Source of the DNA: Macrostomum lignano
Lineage: Eukaryota
Direction: 5' to 3'
Length of the DNA: 64,000 bases
NCBI GenBank assembly: GCA_002269645.1
Contig: NIVC01000094.1
Coordinates: 930,001 to 994,000 of the forward strand
Under the pieces are notes generated by a model, which saw nothing but the letters and a program-made list of their open reading frames with translations, did not search any database and was not told the DNA's origin. Below, one piece after another: positions 33,676-47,300 of the stretch. Position numbers and translations under genes: made by a program. The first letter of the stretch is position 1; every line of letters begins with the position of its first letter.

Positions 33676-36600
33676 ATGTTCAGCCCCTACCACCCGCACG
33701 CGGTGCAGCCGCAGGTCCCGTACCAGCAGCAGCACCAGCTGCAGCACCAGCACCAGCACCTGGTTGGCGGAGGCGACCTGACGGCGTACTCCAGCCCGGC
33801 TTCGGTCGGTGACCTCTTCCTGCGCCGACACCAGCAGTACGCCGCCGCAGCTGCCACAGCCGCCGTTGCTGCCGCCGATTTTCCCGTCTATGGCGAACTG
33901 TTCGGGCAGGCCCAGCAGCCTCATCACCAGCCTCAGCATCATCAACAACAACAGCAACAGCAACAACAACAGCATCAGCAGCACCTACAGCAGCAGCAGC
34001 AGCAGCAGCAGCAACAAGCTCAAGCTGCCACTACTTCAGAGCAGCAACATCTCAATCAGCATCAGCAGCACCTACAGCAGCAGCAGCACCAGCAGCAGCA
34101 GCAGCACCAAGCCTCTCATGCCGGCTTTCCCCTGAGTGCAGATCTGCACTTGCAGCCTCCTTATTCGCCTCATCTGCAGCAGTCCCAGTCTCACCTTGCC
34201 CAGCAGCAGCCTCATCAGCAGCCTCATCATCAGCATCAGCATGCTTATCAGCAGGCCGCCGCGGCTGCCGGTCACTTGGCCAGCAGCTTCGGCCACTTCA
34301 ACCATTTGAACATGTCGGCCTACGGGCCGGCCTTCTACCGGGCCTACTTGCAGCGCAGCGGCGGCGGCGGCGGCCTGCGAGACTATCGCTGCCTGTGGAT
34401 CGAGCGGGACCAGCCGGAGCCAAGGAAACCTTGCAACCGCATGTTTGTCAGCGTGCACGACATTGTCACGCACATCACCGTGGATCACGTGGGCGGTGAG
34501 TCAACCATAGACTGCATTTAGCCTGGGCATAATTCTTACTGATCTATAGGCCTCCTTACTGATATATAGGCTTCCTCACTAATCTATAGGCTTCCTCACT
34601 CATCTATGGGCTACCTTACTGATTTAAAGGCTTCCTTACTGGTCTATAAGCTTCCCTACTGATCTATAGGCTTCCCTACTGATCTATAGGCTTCCTTACT
34701 GGTCTATAAGCTTCCCTACTGATCTATAGGCTTCCCTACTGATCTATAGGCTTCCCTACTGATCTATAGGCTTCCTCACTAATCTATAGGCTTCCTCACT
34801 GATCTATATAGGCTTCCTTACTGATCTATGGGCCTCCTTACTGATCTATAGGCTTCCTTACTGATCTATAGGCTTCCATATTGATTTAAAGGCTTCCTTG
34901 CTGATCTATAGGCTTCACTATTGATCTATAGGGTTCCATATTGATTTAAAGGCTTCCTTGCTGATCTATGGGCTTCCTCACTGATCTATATAGGCTTCCT
35001 TACTGATCTATAGGCTTCCTCACTTATCTATAGGCTAAATCTGTATTTATGCATCATTTTGATAACGCCAGCCGCCTCCGCCCCGCACCTCAGCAGGACC
35101 CGAGCTGACCGATCACACCTGCTACTGGCAGGAGTGCGCCCGACACTTCAAGCCGTTCAAGGCAAAGTACAAGCTGGTGAACCACATCCGGGTGCACACA
35201 GGCGAGCGCCCGTTCCCCTGCCCGTTCCCCGGCTGCGGCAAACTGTTCGCCAGATCGGAGAATCTCAAAATTCACAAGCGAACTCACACAGGTGAGCATC
35301 TGGAGATTTTTTGTCTTACACGAAACAGACTTCGGTCGCGCTGCGGGTGTCGCAGAGCAAAGAATTTTGAAAGAAAAATCCTACGGAGGCTTCATTAGGC
35401 ACAGCTGGGGGCGGGGCTGGCCCATAGACCATTAGGGCCCGTGCATCTGTCGGTGTGTTTTCCCACCTCGCATGAGAAGCTCTTCTCTGTTCCTTTCTCA
35501 AGAATTTTTGTCCCTTAATGCTGTCCGAGAATTTGCGGACTCAACTGCCGCTAGCCGGCTGAAACGCCTGAATAAATGATGAGGCCGACAGACAAAGGGA
35601 GAGCAGGCAGAGGCAGCGCATGCAAACGTGAGCCTGATGGGGCTGGTCCAGCTTCCTAACACCAGAAAGTTTGTCAAGTGACTCCTGCAGAGAGGAAGAG
35701 AGATGGAGAGTTTCTAATGAGCATCGCTTTTTTACAAATTGCAGTTTCTTTTGTCTTCCTCTGTTTTTCTGCAACACTTTCCTTGCCGCAGCTCTTCCAT
35801 ACACAACCTTGCTGAGTAATTCTCCCACCCTCCTCTTGCGCAGCTGTCAGGCCATTATCCTCTGGACAATAGAAGAAAGTGTGAAAAAATGCGGAAGCCA
35901 CGAGGGCACGCGCCTTTCTTGCGGTCGGGTCGGGCCCATAGACAGGCACCCAGCGCTTCCATATAGTTGCCATGGCCTCCAATGCCCCCAGCTTATATAA
36001 GAGGCTGAAAACTCTGTTGCCAACCTGTTGCTATACTGTTCCTCTTTCCTCTGTCCCGCCATTCCTAACGCCTGACTTCCTGCAGCGGAAGCGTGAAATT
36101 TTCATAGATTCTAAGAATTTAACAGCGGGGGCCCTCGGTACAGCAGGGCGGATCGCGCTTCACTGGGCACTGCTGCGAAGCTCCTCTCGACCCGTTGAAC
36201 ATCTCTCGTACCCTCGGGTGCGAATGGATTCAACATTTGAGCTTCCAAATCTCAATCCTTCCAGCTTCAATGCCTCTCCCTCTGCCTTGTTCCTATCCGT
36301 ACCTGTCCGTACCTGTCGAGCTTACGCATCTTTTCCCTCCCTTCATTCTCTACTCTCCTCTCTTCCTGTTTTTTCCCTGTGCCCCCTGATCTCTCACCCA
36401 TCTGCCTCTCACATCTTACCCTGTCATAGTCCCTCTCATTTTAACCTCTCAGCATCTCCCTCCCCAGGCGCGGATCCAGGAATTTCTTGAGGGGGGGCCA
36501 ACTTTTTTCATACTGCCCCGAGTATAGGAACCCACCCCAAGGCCCAAGCCCTTTCTTTACTTAGAAGGGGGCCAAAGGCCAAGATCAGAATTTTTTTCGA

Positions 36601-37626
36601 GGCAGCTGAGGGGGGGGGCCATGGCCCCCTTGCCCCCCCCCAAGGATCCGCCACTGTCCCTCCCCGGTCGTCACTCCGCTCTCAGTATCTCCCTCCCCGG
36701 TCGTCACTCCGCTCTCAGTATCTCCCTCCCCGGTCGTCACTCCGCTCTCAGCATCTCCCTCCCCGGTCGTCACTCCGCTCTCAGCATCTCCCTCCCCGGT
36801 CGTCACTCCGCTCTCAGCATCTCCCTCCCCGGTCGTCACTCCGCTCTCAGCATCTCCCTCCCCGGTCGTCACTCCGCTCTCAGCATCTCCCTCCCCGGTC
36901 GTCACTCCGCTCTCAGCATCTCCCTCCCCGGTCGTCACTCCGCTCTCAGCATCTCCCTCCCCGGTCGTCACTCCGCTCTCAGCATCTCCCTCCCCGGTCG
37001 TCACTCCGCTCTCAACATCTCCCTCCCGGTCGTCACTCCGCTCTCAGTATCTCTCTGCTGTCCCGCCCGCAGGTGAGAAGCCGTTCAAGTGCGAATACGA
37101 CGGCTGCGACCGCCGCTTCGCCAACAGCTCGGACCGCAAGAAGCACATGCACGTGCACATGAACGACAAGCCCTACTACTGCCGGGTGGGCGGGTGCGAC
37201 AAGTCCTACACGCACCCCAGCTCGCTGCGCAAGCACATGCGGGTCCATTCGACCTCGCCCAGCGGCCGGTCTCTTGACGACGACAATGACGGAGCGGACG
37301 ACAGCGTCAGATCGGACGAGTCGGACGGCACCGGCCGGACAGCCGGCGACGGCAAGGGCGGCTCCGGCCAGGTGAAGCCGCCGACGGCCCAGCAGCAGCA
37401 GCAGCGGCGCCGAGCTGCCACCGCAGCGGCCTCCGTCGCTGTCAAAGCCGAGAGGAAGCCGGCCGAGCGGACAAGTTACGTCGAAACGCCATCTACTTCG
37501 CCGAACGAACCGTCGCCGACTCCGCCGTCGGTGTCCAGTGATTGGACGAGTCCCTACATGGCTATGATGCAGCAGCAGCCGCATCAGCAGCCGCACTGCA
37601 AGCCAGTGCTGTTTCCGGCCTTCTAG
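33676..37626 (+). CDS. Zic: Zic / odd-paired family C2H2 zinc-finger transcription factor
   Basis: Phase-consistent exons 33676-34495, 35097-35291, 37073-37626. Has a ZOC-like GDLFLRR, ZF-NC-like AFYRAYL and five fingers: [123 protein letters not shown]. Confidence 0.97.
34530..35035. repeat. ~20-22-bp minisatellite (ctactgatctataggcttcc)n filling Zic intron 1
   Basis: Read directly. Confidence 0.93.
36465..36656. mobile_element. 192-bp MITE with 8-bp TSD (hAT-type) in Zic intron 2
   Basis: Imperfect TIRs caggcgcggatcc / ggatccgccactg. The flanks carry identical tccctccc at 36457-36464 and 36657-36664. Confidence 0.72.
36657..37052. repeat. 36-bp minisatellite directly upstream of the Zic exon-3 acceptor
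   Basis: About 11 units of ctccctccccggtcgtcactccgctctcagcatct. Confidence 0.95.
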
Positions 37627-38456
37627 GTCACCACGTGTTCAAACCCTGAATTCCAGTTCTGTACAGCTTAATGTACGCGGCTTGATCCACTATAATGTCT
37701 GCATTTTTATCCGCACCAAGCTGACCTTAGCGCGCACAGTTCCGCAATGCTGTACATTCATAGCATGCAGCCAATTGACAAATACTTGCTGCCTTCACGA
37801 GCCCCTGTGCCAGACTTTGCTGTTAGTTCTATCTGTGTTTAGCTTGTAACCTTGTGAATTCCTCACTGCAGTAGCGGTGATTACTGTCCCCCCTTGTTGC
37901 TACAGATATGAGAAATAGAGACAAGCAATCCTCAGCGGGGGTGACAAAATTCATTTTGTAAAAACATTTCCTATTTTTCCCTGTCTGCATTCCTAATGCG
38001 CCTGCTTCTGGCCGTTGTGTTGCTGCAGAATCTTCTTCAATCCAGCGATGTCGAGCCCCCCTACTGGCCAGCAACACAGCCGGGGGTCCGGGGGAGTCGC
38101 GGCAGCAGCGGCGGCTCTCCACGGGAGCTCGCAAGGATCTGGCTGGGACCGGCCGTGGGAGCCGCGGCCGGTTGCCTGAAATTGGAGGGGATTTTCGGGC
38201 CTCGTTAGAGGGGATCAGCGGCTCCTGACAGATGCTTTCAGCGCAGCCATTCCTGCGCGAGTGGCAACGCAGAGGAGAGCTTGGGGAGGCTGGGATGGAG
38301 GAGCCAATTTGTGCAACTGACGCAGTTCTGGGGATCGTGTCAATCAAGCGGTGGGGCTGGGGAAGGCAGAGGGATTTCCGGGAAACGATGGGAACTGGGG
38401 GGAGACAAGTGCGCGAAAGGCTCATCAGCTGGCCGACATTACTGCCTTAATAAACT

Positions 38457-39580
<1,124 letters not shown>

Positions 39581-40072
39581 CACTGCTTCAGTCCCTCATT
39601 TCGAGCTCCCCTCATTGAAAAACAAGCTGGGACCAGCAGCAGCAGCAGCAACCCAATTAACGCGATAACCAAAGCAGAAAAAGCAACTGAAGCAAATTGA
39701 AGTGACTCGCGAAATTTGGCCATTTTCGTCACAGCCATAAGCAGCAGATAAGCGATGTGAAGTGGCCACTTGAAAAGTCCGAATGCTTCATGACCCGCAG
39801 CTCTGAGCGGCGTGGTTAGGAAATGTTGAGCCTACTCGAATTAAGAGAAGGCAGCAGCGCCTCATTCTGGCTGGCAACTACCAGAAATTGCCGTTCACCA
39901 CTGTTGCGGCTTTTTATTAATGAATATCTGAAAACTGAAGCTTCTTTCATGCAGGCAAAGCTACTCCAGTTACGTAATCTACACGTGCGTCTGCCCGCTG
40001 TGGGGATTGCCGCACCTATTTGTATTTGTTTACCTGAGCAACTCCTCAGTTAATTGTTTAGCTATCAGTTTG

Positions 40073-40589
40073 TGCGTCTAAATACTCACCTGTGTGTCTG
40101 AATACTCACCTGTGTGTCTGAATACTCACCTGTGTGTCTGAATACTCACCTGTGTGTCTGAATACTCACCTGTGTGTCTGAATACTCACCTGTGTGTCTG
40201 AATACTCACCTGTGTGTCTGAATACTCACCTGTGTGTCTAAATACGAGCTTCTCACCTGTGTGTCTATATACACTCACCTGTGTGTCTAAATACGAGCTT
40301 CTCACCTGTGTGTCTATATACACTCACCTGTGTGTCTGAATACGAGCTTCTCACCTGTGTGTCTATATACACTCACCTGTGTGTCTGAATACGAGCTTCT
40401 CACCTGTGTGTCTGAATACTCACCTGTGTGTCTGAATACTCACCTGTGTGTCTGAATACGAGCTTCTCACCTGTGTGTCTGAATACGAGCTTCTCACCTG
40501 TGTGTCTATATAAACTCACCTGTGCGTCTGAATACTCACCTGTGTGTCTAAATACTCACCTGGGTGTCTGAATACTCACCTGTGTGTCC
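40073..40589. repeat. ~20-27-bp minisatellite (tgtgtctgaatactcacctg)n
   Basis: Read directly; the minus strand reads CAG|GTGAGT in most units. Confidence 0.94.
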
Positions 40590-41044
40590 AAAATGCATAC
40601 TCTTCAGCCCAAACTTACTCGAGATTTAGCGCGGCAGAGCCCTGAGCTGCTGATCGGCAGCAATCTCTGGCAGTCCGTGACTGACAGGTCCCGGATGCGG
40701 GGCTGGCGGGCCCAAACAGCAGCTGCTTCGTCGTCAACTGTGACAACATCATCTTTGCCGGCTCCATTCCTGCAGCGCACCAACAAGTTTGGCTAAACAG
40801 CCCCCCATGTTTATGCTTTCCCCGCCTTGTCCGCCTCATCTGTGTATTCAATCTTGGTCAGCAGTGCCCAAAACCGGACCTCAGCATCGGGAACTAATCA
40901 TAATCTGTTTCAGTTCACCAAAACTGCTAAAGAAAATCAATGCCAAAAATGTTTTGCTGAATTTCTTCCGGCTCTGTCTGCAGCTGCTAGCCACCTGAGT
41001 CACCGCCTCAGCTGCATGCATCTCTCATCTACACTCAGTATCGA

Positions 41045-41480
41045 CTTCTCCCTCTCTGCCTCCCTCTCACCCTGCCTCTCTCTCACCTTGCCTCCCTCTC
41101 ACCCTGCCTCCCTCTCACCCTGCCTTCCTCTCACCCTGCCTCCCTCTCACCCTGCCTCCCTCTCACCCTGCCTCCCTCTCACCCTGCCTTCCTCTCACTC
41201 TGCCCCAGCTCACCCTGCCTCTCTCACCCTGCCTCCCTCTCACCCCTGCTTCCCTCTCACCCTGCCTCTCTCTTACCCTACCTCTCTCTCACCCTGCCTC
41301 CCTCTCACCCTGCCTCTCTCTTACCCTACCTCTCTCTCACTCTGCCTTCCTCTCACCCTGCTTCGCTCTCACCCTGCCTCCCTCTCACCCTGCCTTTCTC
41401 ACCCTGCCTCCCTCTCACCCTGCCTCTCTTTCTCACCCTGCCTCCCTCTCACCCTGCCTCTCTTTCTCACCCTCTTCTTC
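41045..41480. repeat. ~16-bp pyrimidine-rich repeat (ctctcaccctgcctcc)n
   Basis: Read directly. Confidence 0.9.
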
Positions 41481-42136
41481 CCCAGCTGATTGCGGTGAAC
41501 AAAGCCCAGAGTATTTTAAGTGGGTTTTAGCCAGAGCACCACTTCCACTTCAACAGACACACATGGTCAGCAGCTGATTGCTAGCATAGCCATCTTCCTC
41601 AGCTGCCTCATCCATGACTGTGACGCAATCCCAGCAAGTCACTCTCTCCCTCTGTTTCTTCCTATTCGAAGAGTCAAGAAGTTTATTTGTTTGCACTGAG
41701 TCTGGCAAGAGGGAGGAGCCTTCGCGTCTTTATTAGAGACTAGTCTTGACCCCTGATTTCAGGTGTTTATTGTGCCTATCGGCCGGCCCGCTTCTCGAAT
41801 GGCGAGAGGCGCCGCACAAACCCGCGAAGTGGGGGCGGCTCACTCGGCCAGCAGGATTCTGGCAGACTAATGATAACACGGCTAGGACATGTCAATCAGC
41901 TGACCGCGCTACTGCAGAAAAGAGACGGGGAGTGGGAGACATCGGAGATAAACAACACAGTGCGGGACCGTGGCGTGAAACCGGGCTGGCTTTGGGGCAC
42001 TTGAACTGGACCCAACATAAGTGCTGACATCTGCGGACAAGGGGACCCGGTGTGCGGTGACAATCGACTTCTTTTTAGCTCTTACACTGTACTCCTGCTC
42101 TGACCAATTACACCTCTTCACTTTTTTCATCTGCAG

Positions 42137-42679
<543 letters not shown>

Positions 42680-43334
42680 TTAGGTAGATAGAGCATCCTG
42701 TAGCAGGAAGCTGTCTCTTTCAAAAGCAGCAAACAAGCACCGGAAATTCTGCAACAAGTCACGCTTCAGGCGGAGAATTACTCTCGTGAAAAGCAGAACC
42801 CGTTCAAACCAGCGGCTTGCCACATGAATAGCGGGACCCCCGCTGAGAGGCGCTGAGAACTGCTCATAGTTATGATTATTATTAATTCCCAATCTGCTTT
42901 GCCAGCTTTTTTCGAAAGTAATCACGTTTTGAGTCCCATTGCTAATACTCACTTGGCTAATAATTCTTGGTCATTCACACTTCATCAGTCAAACTAATAT
43001 ATAAGAATAATTTTATTCGAACCCGTTGGTTAGTGACTCAGTGAGACCCATACTCCATCATCAGGTGATTCACCTAGAGTCTCTGAGTAGCGCTGGGTAG
43101 GTAGGAGAGAGAGAGGACCCGTCAAAATTTTGAGCACGAGTCCGCCATGAAAGAGCAAAGACTCAAAATTGTGGTGGGGGCGAGGAGGATGGCAGCTGGG
43201 GAGTCAGAGAGTTGAGTTGGAGGTTAATTATTTCTTAATGCTGCTTCCTGACGTGCCGCATCCGGTGATGGAGGGCCTTCCACATCAGGTGGGAAGAGGA
43301 GGCGGCGCGTTTTGTTGCGATTCGGACAGTGCTT

Positions 43335-43886
43335 TTGACTTTTGACTTTTGACTTTTGACTTTTGACTGACTGACTGACTGACTGACTGACTGACTGACT
43401 GACTGACTGACTGACTGACTGACTGACTGACTGACTGACTGACTGACTGACTGACTGACTGACTGACTGACTGACTGACTGACTGACTGACTGACTGACT
43501 GACTGACTGACTGACTGACTGACTGACTGACTGACTGACTGACTGACTGACTGACTGACTGACTGACTGACTGACTGACTGACTGACTGACTGACTGACT
43601 GACTGACTGACTGACTGACTGACTGACTGACTGACTGACTGACTGACTGACTGACTGACTGACTGACTGACTGACTGACTGACTGACTGACTGACTGACT
43701 GACTGACTGACTGACTGACTGACTGACTGACTGACTGACTGACTGACTGACTGACTGACTGACTGACTGACTGACTGACTGACTGACTGACTGACTGACT
43801 GACTGACTGACTGACTGACTGACTGACTGACTGACTGACTGACTGACTGACTGACTGACTGACTGACTGACTGACTGACTGACTGA
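43335..43886. repeat. (ttttgac)4 grading into (GACT)n, ~520 bp
   Basis: Read directly. Confidence 0.98.
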
Positions 43887-44322
43887 TAAACCCTGAAGTG
43901 ATGGCGAGTTAAGAAGCATTTTTTGAAACTTTAGACAATCTAATATACAAAAAATGGTTTGTTATTTTTCAAATTTTTACAATAATACTTGCAAACGAAG
44001 TTACTTTCTATTTATTCTATTTATTATATATTTTTTTAATATAAAAAACGACAATAAGTACTTTGAGTAGTGAAAAAGCGAAGGCAGGAAATGTAAACTG
44101 CTTGAACAGTATAGCTGGGAAATGCTAAGCCAACTGAGTGTGTTTTAGTAGATAATTCTAAGGCTCATATAAGTCTCTATGGAATGGATATGATTGGGAT
44201 TACAGGTGTCTGAGGAAGAGATGAGACGGAGGCAGCGTCAGAGGTGATCTCAATGCATAAGGAGAATTTTGCCTCAAACATGAGCAGTCAGCATCAGTAA
44301 GACATAACTGATTCCGTCAAGC

Positions 44323-47300
44323 TCAATAGCCAAACACCTGTGTCGTAGCAGAGGTGATGTCGCGCGAGCAGCTGTCAGCGACGGAGTCTGACGCCAGGCG
44401 GCCTCGGCAGGCCCGGCACTGAATGCTGGCCGCTGCAGCTGCCGCAGGTTCTGCTGGCACCGAGTCATCGACGCCGAGCTCCGCAGTCAGCGTGGGCGAT
44501 CGAGATCGTGGCAAAGGCTTTGCAACTGGCTGAGGCTGAGCAGTGAGCAGCGCTGGCGTCGGCTGCGGGCGGGACAGCTGGAACTCGACCAGGGACCAAG
44601 ACTGCAGAGCAGACAGCACCAGCTGGAGAGCGAATTGAGAGTGCACTGCGGGACGGCGAGGGCGAGGGAGTGGAGGGGGCTCAGGAAACATGGGAGTAGT
44701 TAATGGCTTATGAGACATTCAACGAGAACTTTAAGGATACTTCAGGAAAATTATGGAAAACATGGGAATGTAAATCACAACTGAGGCATTGCATGCATCT
44801 CAACATGTATTGGAGACAGGATTGTGTGGCAATAAAATGGGGATCAGTGATCTATTTGGGGAATAAAACAGTGATCGATTTGGGGAATAAAACTGTAATC
44901 TACTTGGGGATTAAAACGGGGATCAATGATCTACTAAGGGAATAAAACGAGGATCAATGATCTACTAAGGGAATAAAACGAGGATCAATGATCAACTAGG
45001 GGAATAAAAGGAGGATCAATGATCTACTAAGGGAATAAAAAGGGGATCAATGATCAACTAGGGGAATAAAAGGAGGATCAATGATCTACTAAGGGAATAA
45101 AAAGGGGATCAATGATCTACTAAGGGAATAAAACGAGGATCAATGATCTACTAAGGGAATAAAACGGGGATCAATGATCTACTAGGGGAATAAAACGGGG
45201 ATCAATGATCTACTAAGGGAATAAAAGGAGGGATCAGGGAGAGAATACTTTAGCAGATGGGGACCCCCAGGCTCATGCCACAGACCACTCCAAACTGGCC
45301 GCAAATTATGCCACACAAGGAGACAATGGGCAGGTGAGAGAGCGGACTCAACAGCCACTCACCAGCGATCTCAGCGGCATTGGCGCCATCAGCCTTCCAG
45401 AAGTCGGCGACGTAAGCGGCGCTGTGCAGCCCCATCTGGGCGAGGCTGGCGCCGGCCAGCGGAACGAACTTGGCGCCAAGCCGGTAGCCGGGAAGCAGCG
45501 GCGGCCGGCGGCAGCAGCGGGCGACGAGGGCGACTGCGGCGAGGCTGCCGGCCAGGCGGGAGGCAGCGGCGAGGCCGCGCAGCCAGACGAGCCAGCCCTC
45601 CAGCGGGGGCTGCCAGGGCGGCTGCGGATCCGACCGGAGCTGCTGAGGCGGCCGGGCGCCGCCGTTGTCCAGCAGGATGGCAGCCGACACCGCCAGGTTG
45701 CAGCAGTGGAACAGCTGGCCCTGGCGCACCAGAGCCCGCGCCGTCAGCAGCTGGAATCTGGCAGGGGTGGCGCATCTTGCCCTGGGGGAGACTGGAAGCT
45801 AACTGGGGATGGTGGGGATGGTGGGGATGGTGGGGATGATGGGATGGCGGGGATGGTGGGGATGATGGGGATGATGGGGATGGTGGGGATGGTGGGGATG
45901 ATGGGGATGGTGGGGATGGTGGGGATGATGGGGATGATGGGGATGATGGGGATGATGGGGATGGTGGGGATGATGGGGATGGCGGGGATGGTGGGGATGG
46001 TGGGGATGATGGGGATGATGGGGATGGCGGGGATGGTGGGGATGGTGGGGATGGTGGGGATGGTGGGGATGATGGGGATGGTGGGGATGATGGGGATGGC
46101 GGGGATGGTGGGGATGATGGGGATGATGGGGATGGTGGGGATGGTGGGGATGGTGGGGATGGTGGGGATGGCGGGGATGATGGGGATGATGGGGATGGTG
46201 GGGATGGTGGGGATGAACAGTGAAAGAATAATAGAGAGTAAGCAGGGAGCGAGTGGGATAATGGGAGGGGGAGGAATAATTGGAGGGAGGGTCGGGATAA
46301 TGGGAGGGAGGAGTTGGGATAATGGGCAGGGAGGGGTTGGGATATTGGGCAGGGAGGGGTTGGGATATTGGGCAGGGAGGGGTTGGGATATTGGGCAGGG
46401 AGGGGTTGGGATATTGGGCAGGGAGGGGTTGGGATATTGGGCAGGGAGGAGTTGGGATAATGGGCAGGGAGGGGTTGGGATATTGGGCAGGGAGGGGTTG
46501 GGATAGTGGGCAGGGAGGGGTTGGGATAGTGGGGCAGGGAGGGGTTGGGATAATGGGAGGGAGGGGTTGGGATAGTGGGCAGGGAGGGGTTGGGATAATG
46601 GGAGGGAGGGGTTGGGATAGTGGGCAGGGAGGGGTTGGGATAATGGGAGGGAGGGGTTGGGATAGTGGGCAGGGAGGGGTTGGGATAGTGGGCAGGGAGG
46701 GGTTGGGATAGTGGGCAGGGAGGAGTTGGGATAGTGGGCAGGGAGGGGTTGGGATAGTGGGCAGGGAGGGGTTGGGATAGTGGGGCAGGGAGGGGTTGGG
46801 ATAATGGGAGGGAGGGGTTGGGATAGTGGGCAGGGAGGGGTTGGGATAGTGGGGCAGGGAGGGGTTGGGATAATGGGAGGGAGGGGTTGGGATAGTGGGC
46901 AGGGAGGGGTTGGGATAATGGGAGGGAGGGGTTGGGATAGTGGGCAGGGAGGGGTTGGGATAATGGGAGGGAGGGGTTGGGATAGTGGGCAGGGAGGGGT
47001 TGGGATAATGGGAGGGAGGGGTTGGGATAGTGGGCAGGGAGGGGTTAGGATAGTGGGGCAGGGAGGGGTTGGGATAGTGGGGCAGGGAGGGGTTGGGATA
47101 GTGGGCAGGGAGGAGTTAGGATAGTGGGCAGGGAGGGGTTGGGATAGTGGGCAGGGAGGAGTTAGGATAGTGGGCAGGGAGGGGTTGGGATAATGGGAGG
47201 GAGGGGTTGGGATAGTGGGCAGGGAGGGGTTGGGATAGTGGGCAGGGAGGAGTTAGGATAGTGGGCAGGGAGGGGTTGGGATAGTGGGCAGGGAGTGAGT

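Noticed and set aside
45334-47124. Plus-strand Gly/Met-rich ORFs (GMVGMM, GGRGWDSGQ)
   Set aside because: They are antisense to an OST-alpha exon and run through intronic G-rich arrays.
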